Positions 51,784-64,000 of a DNA stretch of 64,000 nucleotides are shown in pieces. The number at the start of each line of letters is the position of its first letter. The first letter of the stretch is position 1. A program made the translations under genes and the position numbers. Location of the stretch: contig CM059432.1 in the NCBI GenBank assembly GCA_030390025.1, positions 23,872,001 through 23,936,000 of the forward strand, given 5' to 3'. This stretch comes from Squalus acanthias. Taxonomy: Eukaryota. Under the pieces are notes generated by a model, which did not search any database, was not told where the DNA came from, and saw only the letters and a list, made by a program, of their open reading frames with translations.

Positions 51784-53049
51784 TCAGAGAGGCAGGGGTG
51801 CTTAAAAGTGGGAGATATGCTGCCAACGCCCCCTTTAAGCTGCGCGGCAGCGTGGCTGCGCAGTAATGGGAAAGGTCCCCCTCAGGCCGCTCATTGGCTT
51901 TTCCATTGTAAATACCGCGTATGCGCAGAAATTTAAAGGGACCGCGCATTAAAAGAAACAGGCCACGCAGAACAATGTGCAGCTCACAGGGAACATTGTA
52001 TGCTGCCCTTTGCTCCAGCGCAATGTGGGGAAGGACTGAATTTTACCAGTGTCTCAGGAAAAATTGCACTGAAAATGAAATGTCTCTTGAATGTGAAATG
52101 TGCAAGTCTTCACCCAGAAGTCATTGGTTTCCCATCACACATCCAGTAAGTAGCTCCCTGGTGAGGTTCAGAAGATATAAAGCTCCAGTACATGTCTAAA
52201 TTCGCTCATTACACCATTCCGTTTGACACTTCCGAATAACAGAATAATTAATGAGTTCATTATAATTAATTTCTTACAATATTTTTTTTTGTCAGCTGCA
52301 ATTGCTCAACACCTCATTTACGATATCATTAGCGACTAGAGCTGAGAGTTACCCCCAGTGACCTGTGGTCTCCCTTGAGGACAGAAACGGGTCTGAGACT
52401 TAATAATCTTGTAATAGCTGCCATCGCAACTAATGCAATTATGGAAATTGTTTTTGCCTTATCAGTTGGAGGTAGTGCACTGTTTTAATACACAATTTCA
52501 CTTTGTTTTAAACTAATTCAAAAGGAAATCTACACAACTTGCTCTTCTGTTATAATTAGCCTGTACAGCTGACTACACATAAAGACATAATAGATCCAAG
52601 CAGAGAACTGTAATATATCAAATCACTTCCCACTCATTGCCTGCATTAGAATTCTTACTGAGAAGTGTTGGATAAAACATGCTTCCTTTTAATAAAATAT
52701 CGAAGTGCTCGTGAATTAAAAGTCCTACATGTGTTTCGCTGGTGACTCAGTTGGTAAATGTTCTGAGCCAGGGAAATTGCAAGTTTAATCCCTTATTAAC
52801 TGAGCTTAGCTCGCGCTAACACACAATGCCTGGGCTAGGAAGGTGAACAAAACTAGCCAGGGGTTCCTGTCCCAGTCACTGTCCGGCGATTCCTCTCGAA
52901 GAGTGTGTGTATATCAGAAAGGGCAGCTGGCACCTGTGGACCTGTAGCCCAGCATAAGTCAGCAACTAAAGGGAAGGCAGGGAAGAAAATGGGGGCTAAT
53001 GCAGCCTCAAAAACCTTTTGCTCAGTCATCACAGGGCCAGCTGGTCGAG

Positions 53050-53370
53050 AAGATGTTTCCACCTGTGGTGGAGACCAAAACTAAAGGCCATAAATATAGG
53101 ATAGTCATCAATAAATCTAATAGGGAATTCAGGAGAAATTTCTTTGCCCAAAGACTGGCAAGAATGTGAAACGCGCTACCACAAGGAGTAGTTGAGGCGA
53201 ATAGCATAGATGCATTTAAGGGGAAGCTAGATGAACACATGAGGGAGAAAGAAATAGAATAATATTCTGATAGATTTAGATGAAGAGGGGTGGGAGGAGG
53301 CTCATGTGGAGCATAAACACCGGCATGGACCAGTTGGGCTGAATGGCCTGTTGCTGTGCTGTAGACTAAC
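53050..53370 (+). mobile_element. CR1 3' end
   Basis: KMFPPVVETKTKGHKY..FRRNFF..ALPQGVVEA remnants. Confidence 0.75.
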
Positions 53371-53409
53371 TGTAACTATACATGTTCTTGTTGTGATTCA
53401 TTCATTGTT

Positions 53410-54972
53410 ATAAGAACATAAGAAATAGGAGCAGGAATAGACCACTTGGCCCCTCAAGCCTCCTCCGCCATTCATAAGATCATGGCTGATCTTGGGGCTC
53501 AAAGCCACTTCCCTGCCCACTCCCCATAACACTTCACTCCCTTATTTTTGCAAAAATCTGTCTATCTCCGCCTTAAATGTATTTAATAACCCAGCCTCCA
53601 CAGCTCTCTGGGGCAGGGAATTCCATAGATTTACGACTCTCTGAGAGAAGAAATTCCTCCTCATCTCAGTTCTAAAAGGGCGACCCTTTATTCTGAAACT
53701 ATGCCCCGAGTTCTAGATTTCCCCACGAGGGGAAACATCCTCTCTACATCTACCTTTTCGACCCCCCTCAGTATCTTATATGTTTCAATAAGATCACCTC
53801 TCATTCTACTAAATTCCAATAAGTATAGGCCCAACCTGCTCAACCTTTCTTCATCTCAGGAATCAACCGTGTGAATCGTCTCTGAACTGCCTCCAATGCA
53901 AGTATATCCTTCCTTAAATAAGGAGACCAAAACTGTACGCAGTACTCAAGGTGTGGTCTCATCAATACCCTGTACAGTTGTAGCAGGACTTCCCTACTTT
54001 TATACTCCAACCCCCTTGTAATAAAGGCCAACATTCCATTTGCCTTTTTGATTACTTGCTGTACCTGCATGCTAACATTTTGTGTTTCATGCACAAGGAC
54101 CCCCAAGTCCCTCTGAACTGTAGCATTTTGTAATCTCTCCCCATTTAAATAATAATTTGCTTTTTTATTTTTCCTGCCAAAGTGTATAACCTCGCACTTT
54201 CCCACGTTATACTCCATCTGCCAAATGTTTGCCCACTCACTTAGCCTGTCTACATCCCTTTGCAGGTTCTTTGAGTCCTCTGCACAACTTGCTTTCCCAC
54301 CCATCTTTGTATCATCCGCAAACTTGGCTACATTACACTCGGTCCCTTCATCCAAGTCATTAATGTAGATTGTAAATAGTTGAGGCCCCAGCACCGATCC
54401 CTGTGGCACCCCACTAGTTACCGTTTGCCAATCAGAAAATGACCCATTTGTCCCGACTCTCTGCTTTCTGTTAGTTAGCCAATACTCTATCCATGCTAAT
54501 ATATTACCCCCAACTCCGTGAGCTCTTATCTTATGCAGTAACCTTTTATGTGGCACCTTCTCAAATGCCTTCTGGAAATCCAAATACACAACATCCACTG
54601 GCTCACCCTTATCCACCCTGCTCGTTACATCCTCAAAGAACTCCAGCAAATTTGTTAAACATGATTTCCCTTTCATAAAACCATGCTGACTCTGCTTGAC
54701 TGCATTATGATTTTCCAAATGCCCTGCTACTGCTTCCTTAATGAAGGGCTCCAGCATTTTCTCAACAACAGATGTTAGGCTAACTGGTCTATAGTTTCCT
54801 GCTTTCTGTCTCCCTCCTTTCTTAAATAGGGGCGTTACATTTGTGGTTTTCCAATCCGCTGGGACCTCTCCAGAGTCCAGGGAATGTTGGTATATTGCAA
54901 CCAATCCATCCACTATCTCTGCAGCCACTTCTTTTAAGACCCTGGGATGCAGGCCATCTGGTCCAGGGGACT
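53410..54972 (-). mobile_element. 5'-truncated CR1 LINE with a 362-codon open RT segment (53840-54928)
   Basis: NYRPVSLTS, QHGF, DFQKAF, GVPQGSVLGP, FADD motifs; small deletion near 53840; CR1 tail at 53410. Confidence 0.95.
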
Positions 54973-55069
54973 ATCTAATTTAAGGGTTATCTAATTTAAC
55001 TGCATCCTTCCTTCATGATAAAGACCATATGCAGTTTGTTTTGAAGTTTTTCTCCCAATAGAAAGAAGA

Positions 55070-55491
55070 AAGCCAATTATATAGTGGCTTTTATGACCCC
55101 AGGAATTCCCAAAATGCTGAACAGCTAATGAACTACTTTTGAAATATAGTCAGTTAGAATGTAAGAAAATGTAGCAGCCGAAGTCCCATAAATGGCAATG
55201 AGAAAAAGGACCAGAGAATCTGTTTCAGTCATGTTGGTTTAGGGATAAATGTTGTCCGAGTCTCCGAGAGAACTCGCCTGCCCCTCTTTGAATAGTGCCA
55301 TGGGATCTTTCAAATCCCCCTGAGAGGGCAGGTGGGGCTTCAATTTACTGCCTCAGCCAAAAGATGGCACCTCTGACAGTACTGCACTGAAGGGCCAATC
55401 CAGATTATGTGTTCAAGTATCTGGGGTGGGGCTTGAACCCATGAATTTCTGACTCAGAAGCAAGAGTGCTACCACTGAGCCAAGGCTGACA
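55070..55491 (-). mobile_element. tRNA-derived DeuSINE (SacSINE1-like), diverged
   Basis: Reverse complement of the 26154 family, A/B boxes near 55430-55490. Confidence 0.75.
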
Positions 55492-55919
55492 CCAATGAGC
55501 TCCTGAGGGTGTTTCTTGCTATGCACCACGCCTAACTCGTAGGCCTCTGCTATTGCCATTCTGTGATGGGGACATGTACAAGTTGGTCTAAGGTGAAACC
55601 TTTTTGGTTTTCCTATTCTCCATGTTGAGCGGCCTCCAGCCTATAACTAACAACTCGAATGGCTGAGTTTGAGAATTTTTTTTGCGATGAGCCACAATCA
55701 CAAACTGGGGCTGTATTTTTGAGTCAAATTCTTGGATGTCCCAGCTACCTTACAATATGCACTCATGTCAGTTAGTAATAGGTTTAGATGTTGGATTATG
55801 AGGAGCCGAGAAAAACTGTTCCAGTGGCAATACCACTGATCAAGCGAACTGCTCTGTCCTTGATGGTTTTTAGTTTATTGAGTGCTGTTGCTTCTGCATC
55901 CATCCAGGTAAGTGATTAG

Positions 55920-56580
55920 TAGGAATATAGAAACAGGAATAGGTCATTCAGCCTTTTGAGCCTGTTCTGCCATTCAATTAAATCATGGCTGATCTGTGCT
56001 TCAACTCCATTTACACGCCTTTGCCATGATACCCTTACCCAGCTATCGATCGCAGTCTTGAAAATGTCTATTGACCCAGCATTCACAGCCTTTTGGGAGA
56101 AAGAGTTCTAGATTTCCTGCTCCCATCTACACAACTTAATATGCTTCCTAAAATAATGTCATCTGAAAACTTGGGTATACAACTCTCTATTCCTTAATCC
56201 AAGTCATTAATATATATTCTGAAAAGCTGAAGTCCCAGTACAGATCCCTGGGGAACACCATTTGTCACATCCCACATTCTATGATTCTATGATTCTCATT
56301 ATTCCTACTCTCTGTCTTTTACCTCCCAAGCAATTAAAAACCCATGTCACAAGGTTACCTCCAATTCCATGTGCATTCATTTTTGATGATAACCTGCTGT
56401 GTGGTACCTTATCACATGTCTTCTGGAAGTCCATATAGACAACATCCATAGACACTCCCCCATCCACCATGCTAGTGACCTCCTCAAAAAATTCAACTAG
56501 ATTAGTCAGACATGACCTATCCTTTACAAATCCATGCTAACTCTCTTTGATCAGCTGATACTTATCCAAATGCTCATTCA
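55920..56580 (-). mobile_element. Deleted/degraded CR1 fragments
   Basis: MDVVYMDFQKTCDKVPH..AHGIGG; CR1 tail at ~55920. Confidence 0.75.
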
Positions 56581-57558
56581 CTCTGCCCTGTTTGTGTAGC
56601 TAAAGTACTGACATGGCTGGTTCAGTTAAGTTTCTCTACTGGGTCATGAGGTTACAATGCTGCTGCTGCTACTGGGCCACAGAACCTCATGGATGCCCAG
56701 TTTTGGGCTGCTAGATCTGTTCTTAGTCTCGGTAGTAGTGCCACATTGCAGGATAGAGAATGCCCTCACTGTGGAGACAAGAGTTTGTCTTCTCAAGGAT
56801 TATGCAGCACTCAATCCTTCAAATGCTATCCTGAACAGACGTAGGTTGATAAGGGAAAGATTTGAACATAAGAAATCGGAGCAGAAGTAGGTCATTCAGC
56901 CCCTCGAGCCTGTCCGCCATTCAATAAGATCATGGCTGATCATCGACCTCAACTCCACTTTCCCGCCTGATCTCCATATCCCTTGATTCCCCTAGATGGT
57001 GATCAGCAGCAAGTTTTCTTGGCCTTATTTGACCTGAAGCTGCGAGACTTCAAGGGGCCCTGAGACAATGTTGAGGGCCACTCCCACTTGACTGTATATT
57101 ACTGTGCCAATGGGATAGGACAGACCAAGGGATACTGATGGAGGGGTCTGGGATGTTGGATGATAGATATGAATTTGTGAGTAGGACTATGTCCACGCTG
57201 TTGCTTGACTAGTCTGAAGAACAGTTTTCCCAATTTTGGGACCAACACCCAGATATTAGTGAGGAGGACTTTTCAAAGTCCCCTTGGTTGAAATTGCCTA
57301 CCTCTTGTTCTAATATGATGCCTGGGCCATTGCTGGTTGGTCCATCTGATTTTATCCCTTATGCTCCCTTATATGCAATTGCTTAAAACTGCGTGGCTTG
57401 CTTGATCATTTCAGAGGGCTTTAACAGTTAACTACAGCATGCGGGATAGAATTATGTATAGATTAGACCATGATGCGGAGATGCCGGTGTTGGACTGGGG
57501 TGGACAAAAGTGAGAAGTCGCACAACACCAGGTTATAGTCCAACAGCTTTATTTGAAA

Positions 57559-57595
57559 TCACAAGCTTTCGGAGCGCTGCTCCTTCGTCAGGTGA
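57559..57595 (-). ncRNA. Minimal type I hammerhead ribozyme (left arm)
   Basis: Exact reverse complement of 58614-58650. Confidence 0.7.
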
Positions 57596-58613
57596 AGTGA
57601 AGAAATACATATGGGCACAGCATAAATAGTCAGAGAACAATGCCAGACGACTACAGTTAATCTTTCTAACTGCCCTTTATCACACCTCGGCAGAGAGACA
57701 ATCACAGCAATCAAAGGTGTGGATGGTGTCCAACCAGGTCAGTCAGGAAGACATTACATCAAAGACAATAGCAAAATACAACAAAGACAATGAGGTGGGG
57801 TCACAAGGGGTCAAATGTGGCAGCTGCTGGAGTCTGTATGGAAAACAAAAAGATTTTTTACTTTTTTTGCTGGAAATTACAGCAGGCCGCATCTGTGTAG
57901 AGAGAACAAGCCAGCGACGACTCGAGTCTGGATGACTCTACGTCAGGTGGGGTTACATGTAGCGTGAAATGAACCCAAGATCCCGGTTGAGGCCGTCCTC
58001 ATGGGTGCGGAACTTGGCTATCAGTTTCTGCTCGATGATTTTGCGTTGTCGTGTGTCTCGAAGGCCGCCTTGGAGAACGCTTACCCGAAGATCGGAGGCT
58101 TCCGATTCAGCCTCTGATCTTCGGGTAAGCGTTCTCCAAGGCGGCCTTCGAGACACACGACAACGCAAAATCATCGAGCAGAAACTGATAGCCAAGTTCC
58201 GCACCCATGAGGACGGCCTCAACCGGGATCTTGGGTTCATGTCACGCTGCATGTAACCCCACCTGACGTAGAGTCATCCAGACTCGAGTCGTCGCTGGCT
58301 TGTTCTCTCTACACAGATGCGGCCTGCTGTAATTTCCAGCAAAAAAAGTAAAAAATCTTTTTGTTTTCCATACAGACTCCAGCAGCTGCCACATTTGACC
58401 CCTTGTGACCCCACCTCATTGTCTTTGTTGTATTTTGCTATCGTCTTTGATGTAATGTCTTCCTGACTGACCTGGTTGGACACTATCCACACCTTTGATT
58501 GCTGTGATTGTCTCTCTGCCGAGGTGTGATAAAGGGCAGTTAGAAAGATTAACTGTAGTCGTCTGGCATTGTTCTCTGACTATATATGCTGTGCCCATAT
58601 GTATTTCTTCACT

Positions 58614-58650
58614 TCACCTGACGAAGGAGCAGCGCTCCGAAAGCTTGTGA
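58614..58650 (+). ncRNA. Minimal type I hammerhead ribozyme (right arm)
   Basis: TCAC-CTGACGA-A-GGAGC(AGC)GCTCC-GAAA-GC-TT-GTGA: stem I TCAC/GTGA, core, stem II, palindromic AGCT stem III. Confidence 0.7.
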
Positions 58651-59157
58651 TTTCAAATAAAGCTGTTGGACTATAACCTGGTGTTGTGCGACTTCTCACT
58701 TTAGATTAGACCAGTTAGACAAGGTAGGTTCCCTTCCCTAAAGGCAAAACTGAGCCAGTTGGGTTATTCTTCTAATGCTCGTGCACAGTTTCATAGCTTA
58801 CAGCAGTGAGAATTGAACTCACACTTCTAGGTTGCTAGTCCAGTACCATAACCACTTGGCAGCCATACCTATAGCCGGAGATCCTATTTTATGGCTTATG
58901 ATGACAGTTAAAATGGTGTTATAAGCCTTCTAACAGACTGTAAATCCATTGAATTACCACTTCTTGGCATTGTGTATAGCAGCTCAGTGCCACTAAACCA
59001 CTCCGCCTCCATTTTTTTTGCAATTTCACCTACGAAAAACCAGAAATTAATGTCAATGATGTCAAGATAGTTCAGATACCTTCTGTACATTATATAACTA
59101 TGGATATAAAACAGTGAACCAATGTAATGGCCTTGAAATAACGCTATACCAATATTA

Positions 59158-60001
59158 AAGCAAAATACTGCCGATGCTGGAAATCTGAAATAAAAACAGA
59201 AAAATGCTGGAAATACTCAGCAGATCAGGCAGCATCTCTGGAGAGAGAAACAGAGTTAGCATTTCAGATTGATGACCTTTCAACAGAACTAGAAAAGGTT
59301 AGAGATGTAACAGGTTTTAAGCAAGTACAGAGGCAGGGAAAGTGGGGAGGGGAGGAAAGAACAAAAGGGAAGGTCTGTGATAGGATGGAAGACAGGAGAG
59401 ATTAAATGACAAAAGGGATGACGGTGCAAGGCAAAAGGAGATGGCAATGGAACAAATAAAGAAACAAACAATGGGTCTAGAGGAGCTGTAAATGGGAATA
59501 TCAGAATCAGCAGCAGCAGCTGCGGTCCTGGGGCAGATTATATGATCTGAAATTGTTGAATTCAATGTTAAGTCTGGAAGGCCCGAAAGTGCCTAATAGA
59601 AAGAGGAGGTGCTGTTCCTCGAGCTTCCCTTGAGCTTCATTGGTATAGTGTAGGAGGCCAGAGAGCTCAGAATGGGAGTGTTCTGGAGAATTAAAATGGC
59701 AGTCTACCGAAGCTTGGGTCATGCTTGTGGACTGAACGGAGGTGTTCCGCAAAGCATTCATCCAATCTGTTGTTTGGTCTCCCCAATGTAGAAGAGAACG
59801 CATCGTGAGCAGTGAATGCAGTATACTAAATTGGCAAGGAGTACAAGTAAACCGTTGTTTCAGCTGGAAGGAATGTTTGGGGCCCTGGACGGTGGGACAG
59901 AAGGAGGTAAAAGGGCAGGTGCTGTGGGAAGGGGAGTGGGCATTGGGGGTGATAGAGGAGTGGACCAGGGTGTCGTGGAGGAAGTGGTCCCTTCGGAACA
60001 A
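59158..60001 (-). mobile_element. Older Penelope-like element 3' part (GIY-YIG endonuclease remnant plus 3' end with decayed hammerhead)
   Basis: FRRDHFLHDTLVHS..QRFTCT..HFNS..KLEEQHLLFLLGT..LNIEF with frameshifts; rc CTGTTGAAAGGTCATCAATCTGAAATG near 59260-59287. Confidence 0.82.
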
Positions 60002-62339
60002 ATATTAGTGTGCGAACACGTAACGCAATGATATTCAATTGCTTTGTCTGCTATTTCAATAGAGGCATTAAATGGAGTTACATTTCTGTTTAAGTGTAAA
60101 GGAATTGCTTACCAATACATTAACTGTTCTTTCACTAATATTTACACAATGTAATTTCAAGACGAATGTTTTTATATAAATTAATCAGTATCTTTTATGA
60201 GAAATCTTCATCACTGTTTAGTACCTTTCTATCTAGTGTCTAATAATATGCTAATACACATGTGGAAGCAGAGGAAACATCCTGTTAGACACAATGAAAC
60301 TGCTGACATTTTCCCTGTGATCACATTGTACAAACAATGTAACAGATGGGCACTGATGTGCATATCCAGGGGGACTAGAAAATGCAAAGCAACAGAAGAG
60401 TCGTACACTCACAGTGTAAAAATAAGTATACGCAGATAAGTGTCTTACAATAAGTGTTAACTTGACTATTCTTTCCCCTCAACAATAGCAATTCATTCAC
60501 TAGATTTGGCAATATATTCTCCGATAAAATGTCACGTAAATAAAATTCATTGTAACAATTGCCCTACTCAATTCACTCACTGTTTCGAAGCACTGGATTA
60601 CTGAATTGTCACCAGAAGGTGGTGCTGTGAGCTTGCAGTACAGAGCTGGCACTAACTATTGTTAACCAATAAACAACAACCATACACTCACTGGCATCCA
60701 TCATAATGAGGGGTTATTGTTGGGTCATCGGAGGTCCTCAGCACTTGACAATGACAAATACATTTCCTGTTGTTACCTTGCAGATTATTTGTAATACACA
60801 ATTTGCCATAAAAGCTTTCGCCCAAGTACTCACTGGAAACAAATTCTCAATTAGATCTTTAATCAACAAAATCTATTTACCAGGAAATATATGTAGGGAT
60901 GATTTAGTAAGATTTAACTTCCATTGTAACAGATTAAAACAAAAAGCAGCTTAACCTTGTAGTAAATGATCAGCAATAAATCTCACAAATTATTCATCTG
61001 CTCCAAGGCTTTAGTATTTCGTGTCTTTATCCCACCAACTTTCCTGCCTTCCTGTCCTGATAGTGCTGGTTGAGACAAGTTACCCTCCAGTGGCCTTTAT
61101 CCACACGTCCTGAGGTCGTGGAAGGCGCTATATAAATGCAAGTCTTCCTTTCTATGTGAGCCTAGATGTAGAAAGTGGCAGGTTGTTTGGCGATTCAAAA
61201 GAAATCACAGTCGAGATTGATTCTGCCTTCGTCAAAGAGAAAAAAATTCCGGCCAGCGGGAAAGCATCTGGTGGTGCAAAGTGGCCAAGTGGGATTCGGG
61301 ATGCTTACAAAGTGTCTGGGTCCCTGCTCGAGTAAAGCATTGTCAGAAACCACATGTCTGGTTATTTGTCAGTAATCTTTGCTCTTGCACAGAATATGCG
61401 AGAGCCTCATAAGATCTTTGAAAATTGTGCAAATAAATGGCAAATTGGCTAACCTTCTGCCTTGGATGCAAGGAATTTCTTAAGTCTCGACTGTAATGAA
61501 AGGACTATGGGAATGCGCTTATTTGGTGTCATATTTCGATATGTATTCCTCTTTTGTTTTCATAGGTTTTCAAGAATAGAGCCATGGGTTCCAAGCAAGC
61601 CAGCACCTTTGCCACCCTCACTACTTTTGCAAAGCACCAGCACAGCCACACACACCTCAGAAGGTGTAGACAGTGAGCATGAGGAGGTCGTACTGGGTGG
61701 GAGGAGTAAGTGGTGGCAGTAACTGAGGAGAAGGCACCTGCTGTTTGGAGGACCAGCAGTCCATGCCTTTCCTGCAGAAGCTAGAAACTCTGACCTCAAA
61801 GGGCTTATAAAATGAGATTGCTGTCCAATTAGGAGTATCTACACAAATGAGCAGCTCGTGCAGCAGTCTCCCTGGGAACAGTGATGTTACTGTAGCTACA
61901 TCCTTATGGTCAGTGTCTGTCTGCAGTTTGAGCATTTTTTTCCAGATTGGCCTTCTCCTCCTCCATGGTTAAAGCCCTTTATAGAACAAAGTCATAGAGC
62001 ATACAGCAGACAATAATGATCCTGCAAACCTTGGAGGTTCTGTCCATGGCAGCCACAAGAGTGTCATGTGCCAGGACTGAAAATGGTAGAATTGGTGTAG
62101 CAGGAGCAATCCTGCCAATCTCTCTTTGCCTTCAAATGAGTGTGGCACAGATGATTGGCACAAAATGGAAGCATAGTGGCAGCTTTCTGGGAAACAGGCA
62201 TTGACCTGCATGATACGATGCTGGTGCTCAAAGAACTGCTACACATAGAACATCTTTCTGTTCATGTAGGCTGTTACATTATGGATAGTGGCCCAGATAG
62301 GTCACAGGAGTGTCGTCAATCACCTCTGTACTGGTGAGG

Positions 62340-63190
62340 CCATGAAGAGATTTAAACACAAGAATGAGAATTTAAAATTGGAGAGAGTGGGGGATCAGAA
62401 GCCAATGTAGGTCAGCAGGGACTGGTTGAACAGGACATGGTGCGGGATAGGATACAGGCAGAGAGTTTTGGATGGGCTGATGTTTACAGAGGGCGCAGAA
62501 GGGAGGCTGGCCAGCAAAGCATTGGAATAGTCGAGTCTGGGGTGACAAAGGCATGAGTGAGGGTTTCAGGGGCAGATGGGCTGAGGCAGGGTCGGAGGCA
62601 GGCAATGTCATAGAAGTGGAAGTAGGTGGTCTTTGTGATGGAGAGCATATGTGATTGGAAGCTCAGCTCAGGATTGAATACGATGCCGAACTGGCAAACA
62701 GTCTGGTTCAGCCTGAGAAAGTGGGCGTGGGGGGGAGGGCGTGGGGGGGAGGGCGCGGGGTTGGTGGTGGTAGGCATGGAATCGGTGGCGAGGGTATGGA
62801 GCTTATGGTGGGGCATAAGGCTTCAATCTTCTCAATGTTTAACTGAAGGAAATTGCGGCTCATCCAAGGATAGATATTGGACAAACAGTCGAATAACACA
62901 GAGACAGTGGAGCGGTCGCGAGAGATGGTGCAGAGGTAGAATTGGGTGTTGTCAGCGTACATGTGGAATCTGACCCCATATCTGTGGATAATGTCACCAA
63001 GGAAGGTGCATTTCAATGCTGCGGCAGGGACTGAAACTTGATTAGAGAGATTCAAACATGGAGTTGCAGGAAAGATGAACATGGATTTGGGAGGCGGGAA
63101 CACATTCAAAAACTTTGGAGAAAAAACGGAGGTTGGAGATGGGGCATAGTTTGCAAGGACAGAGAGGTTGAGGGTGGGTTTCTGAGGAAG
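62340..63190 (-). mobile_element. Degraded L2 LINE RT fragment
   Basis: LGDIIHRYGVRFHMYADNTQFYL..WMSRNFLQLNIEKIE. Confidence 0.85.
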
Positions 63191-64000
63191 CCTCCAAATC
63201 TTCATCCTCTAGACGCAGACCCGATGGATGGCATAGGCTGAGTATGGACAGTAATCCTTTAGTGCCACCTGGCATCTCTAGCAGCTCTTTAGTTGTGTAA
63301 TCAAGTGTTAGGACAATATTAAAAGCAATCCCTATTGTGGTGAACTTTCTTCCAACATAGACTGAGTGAAACAGTATTTCTTTCACAATCCCATTGAGTG
63401 GGAACCTGGCTAAGGTGCAACTCGATTCACATAAGCTGTAGGAATGCATTACATGGGCAAAGTGTAAAACCTATAATTTTGTATGTTTCTGCCTTAACTT
63501 ATGCAGACAAAAACTTGCACAATTAGGCTAATGCACACATTAAACACATGCCAATCTCAACATTTCCTCAGAAATTTGACAACTGTTAGAAAAGGATCCA
63601 GAAGCAGGTACAGATGCACATTCCAGAAGTTACTTGACAACATCTGACATTTGCAGTCAGCCTAACTAATATGACTGACTGTAGGCTGTAGGCCACAGTC
63701 CACCAATGTGCATCATCCAGGCTCATACATGAAGAATGTGGGAGAGCTGCTAATGGAACTGTACCCAACCACGAGTCAGCTGCTTCAGGAGCAGAAATAA
63801 AATGTAGGCAAGTGGTGTGAGACCATCCCCAGGAGATACTCCAACATGGAACAAAAGAACAGAGTAGATAAAAAAATTATTTTTTGATAATACCAAAACA
63901 GTTTACAAACTCAACAATTTCAAGTCAATTTACCAAGGAAACAAAGCGAACATTGGTTCAGTCAGTGTTGTGCAGACACTATTGGACCATTGATTGAGCG

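Larger units (their letters stand above)
57471..58702. mobile_element. Palindromic (fold-back) Penelope-like retroelement insertion
   Basis: Arms 57507-58100 and 58109-58702 with an 8-nt spacer; 12-bp TSD TAGATTAGACCA (57459-57470, 58702-58713); GIY-YIG C-terminus ..RKIIEQKLIAKFRTHEDGLNRD on both strands. Confidence 0.92.

Noticed and set aside
57717..58492. Pair of identical 72-aa ORFs as real genes
   Set aside because: They are antisense readings of the palindrome arms with no recognisable domain
57507..58702. Assembly artefact (fold-back chimeric read)
   Set aside because: The arms differ at several positions, a 12-bp TSD is present, and the flanks rejoin into one SINE; read-level confirmation is still advisable
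60609..60628. CTCF-like motifs (also ~30458-30475 and ~50181-50200)
   Set aside because: Short degenerate matches that cannot be distinguished from chance without ChIP or conservation data
61500..62340. Possible decayed Harbinger Myb exon 3 on the minus strand
   Set aside because: Compositional resemblance only; no alignable motif, TIR or TSD could be established

Overview
Eukaryotic, vertebrate DNA. The repeat content (SacSINE1/DeuSINE-like SINEs, CR1, L2, Penelope, abundant PIF/Harbinger) suggests a cartilaginous fish; this is an inference. The only host gene is the 3' end of FAM135B on the + strand: four GT-AG exons at 4650-20309 encoding the DUF676 lipase-like C-terminus, followed by a probable ~5.4 kb 3' UTR. 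The rest is intron or intergenic sequence packed with mobile elements. (i) A full-length, recently disabled Harbinger (36426-40634, ACT target duplication) carries a DDE transposase and a convergent three-exon Myb/SANT partner. Around it are two copies of one internal-deletion derivative, a CR1-interrupted Myb remnant and several MITE families, some with internal palindromes that co-vary between copies. (ii) A 1.2 kb near-perfect fold-back Penelope insertion (57471-58702, 12-bp TSD) has, in each arm, a minimal hammerhead ribozyme plus a second degenerate hammerhead-like motif. (iii) There are many CR1, L2 and SINE fragments. All alignments were done by eye, no database searches were run, and the ends of degraded repeats are approximate.
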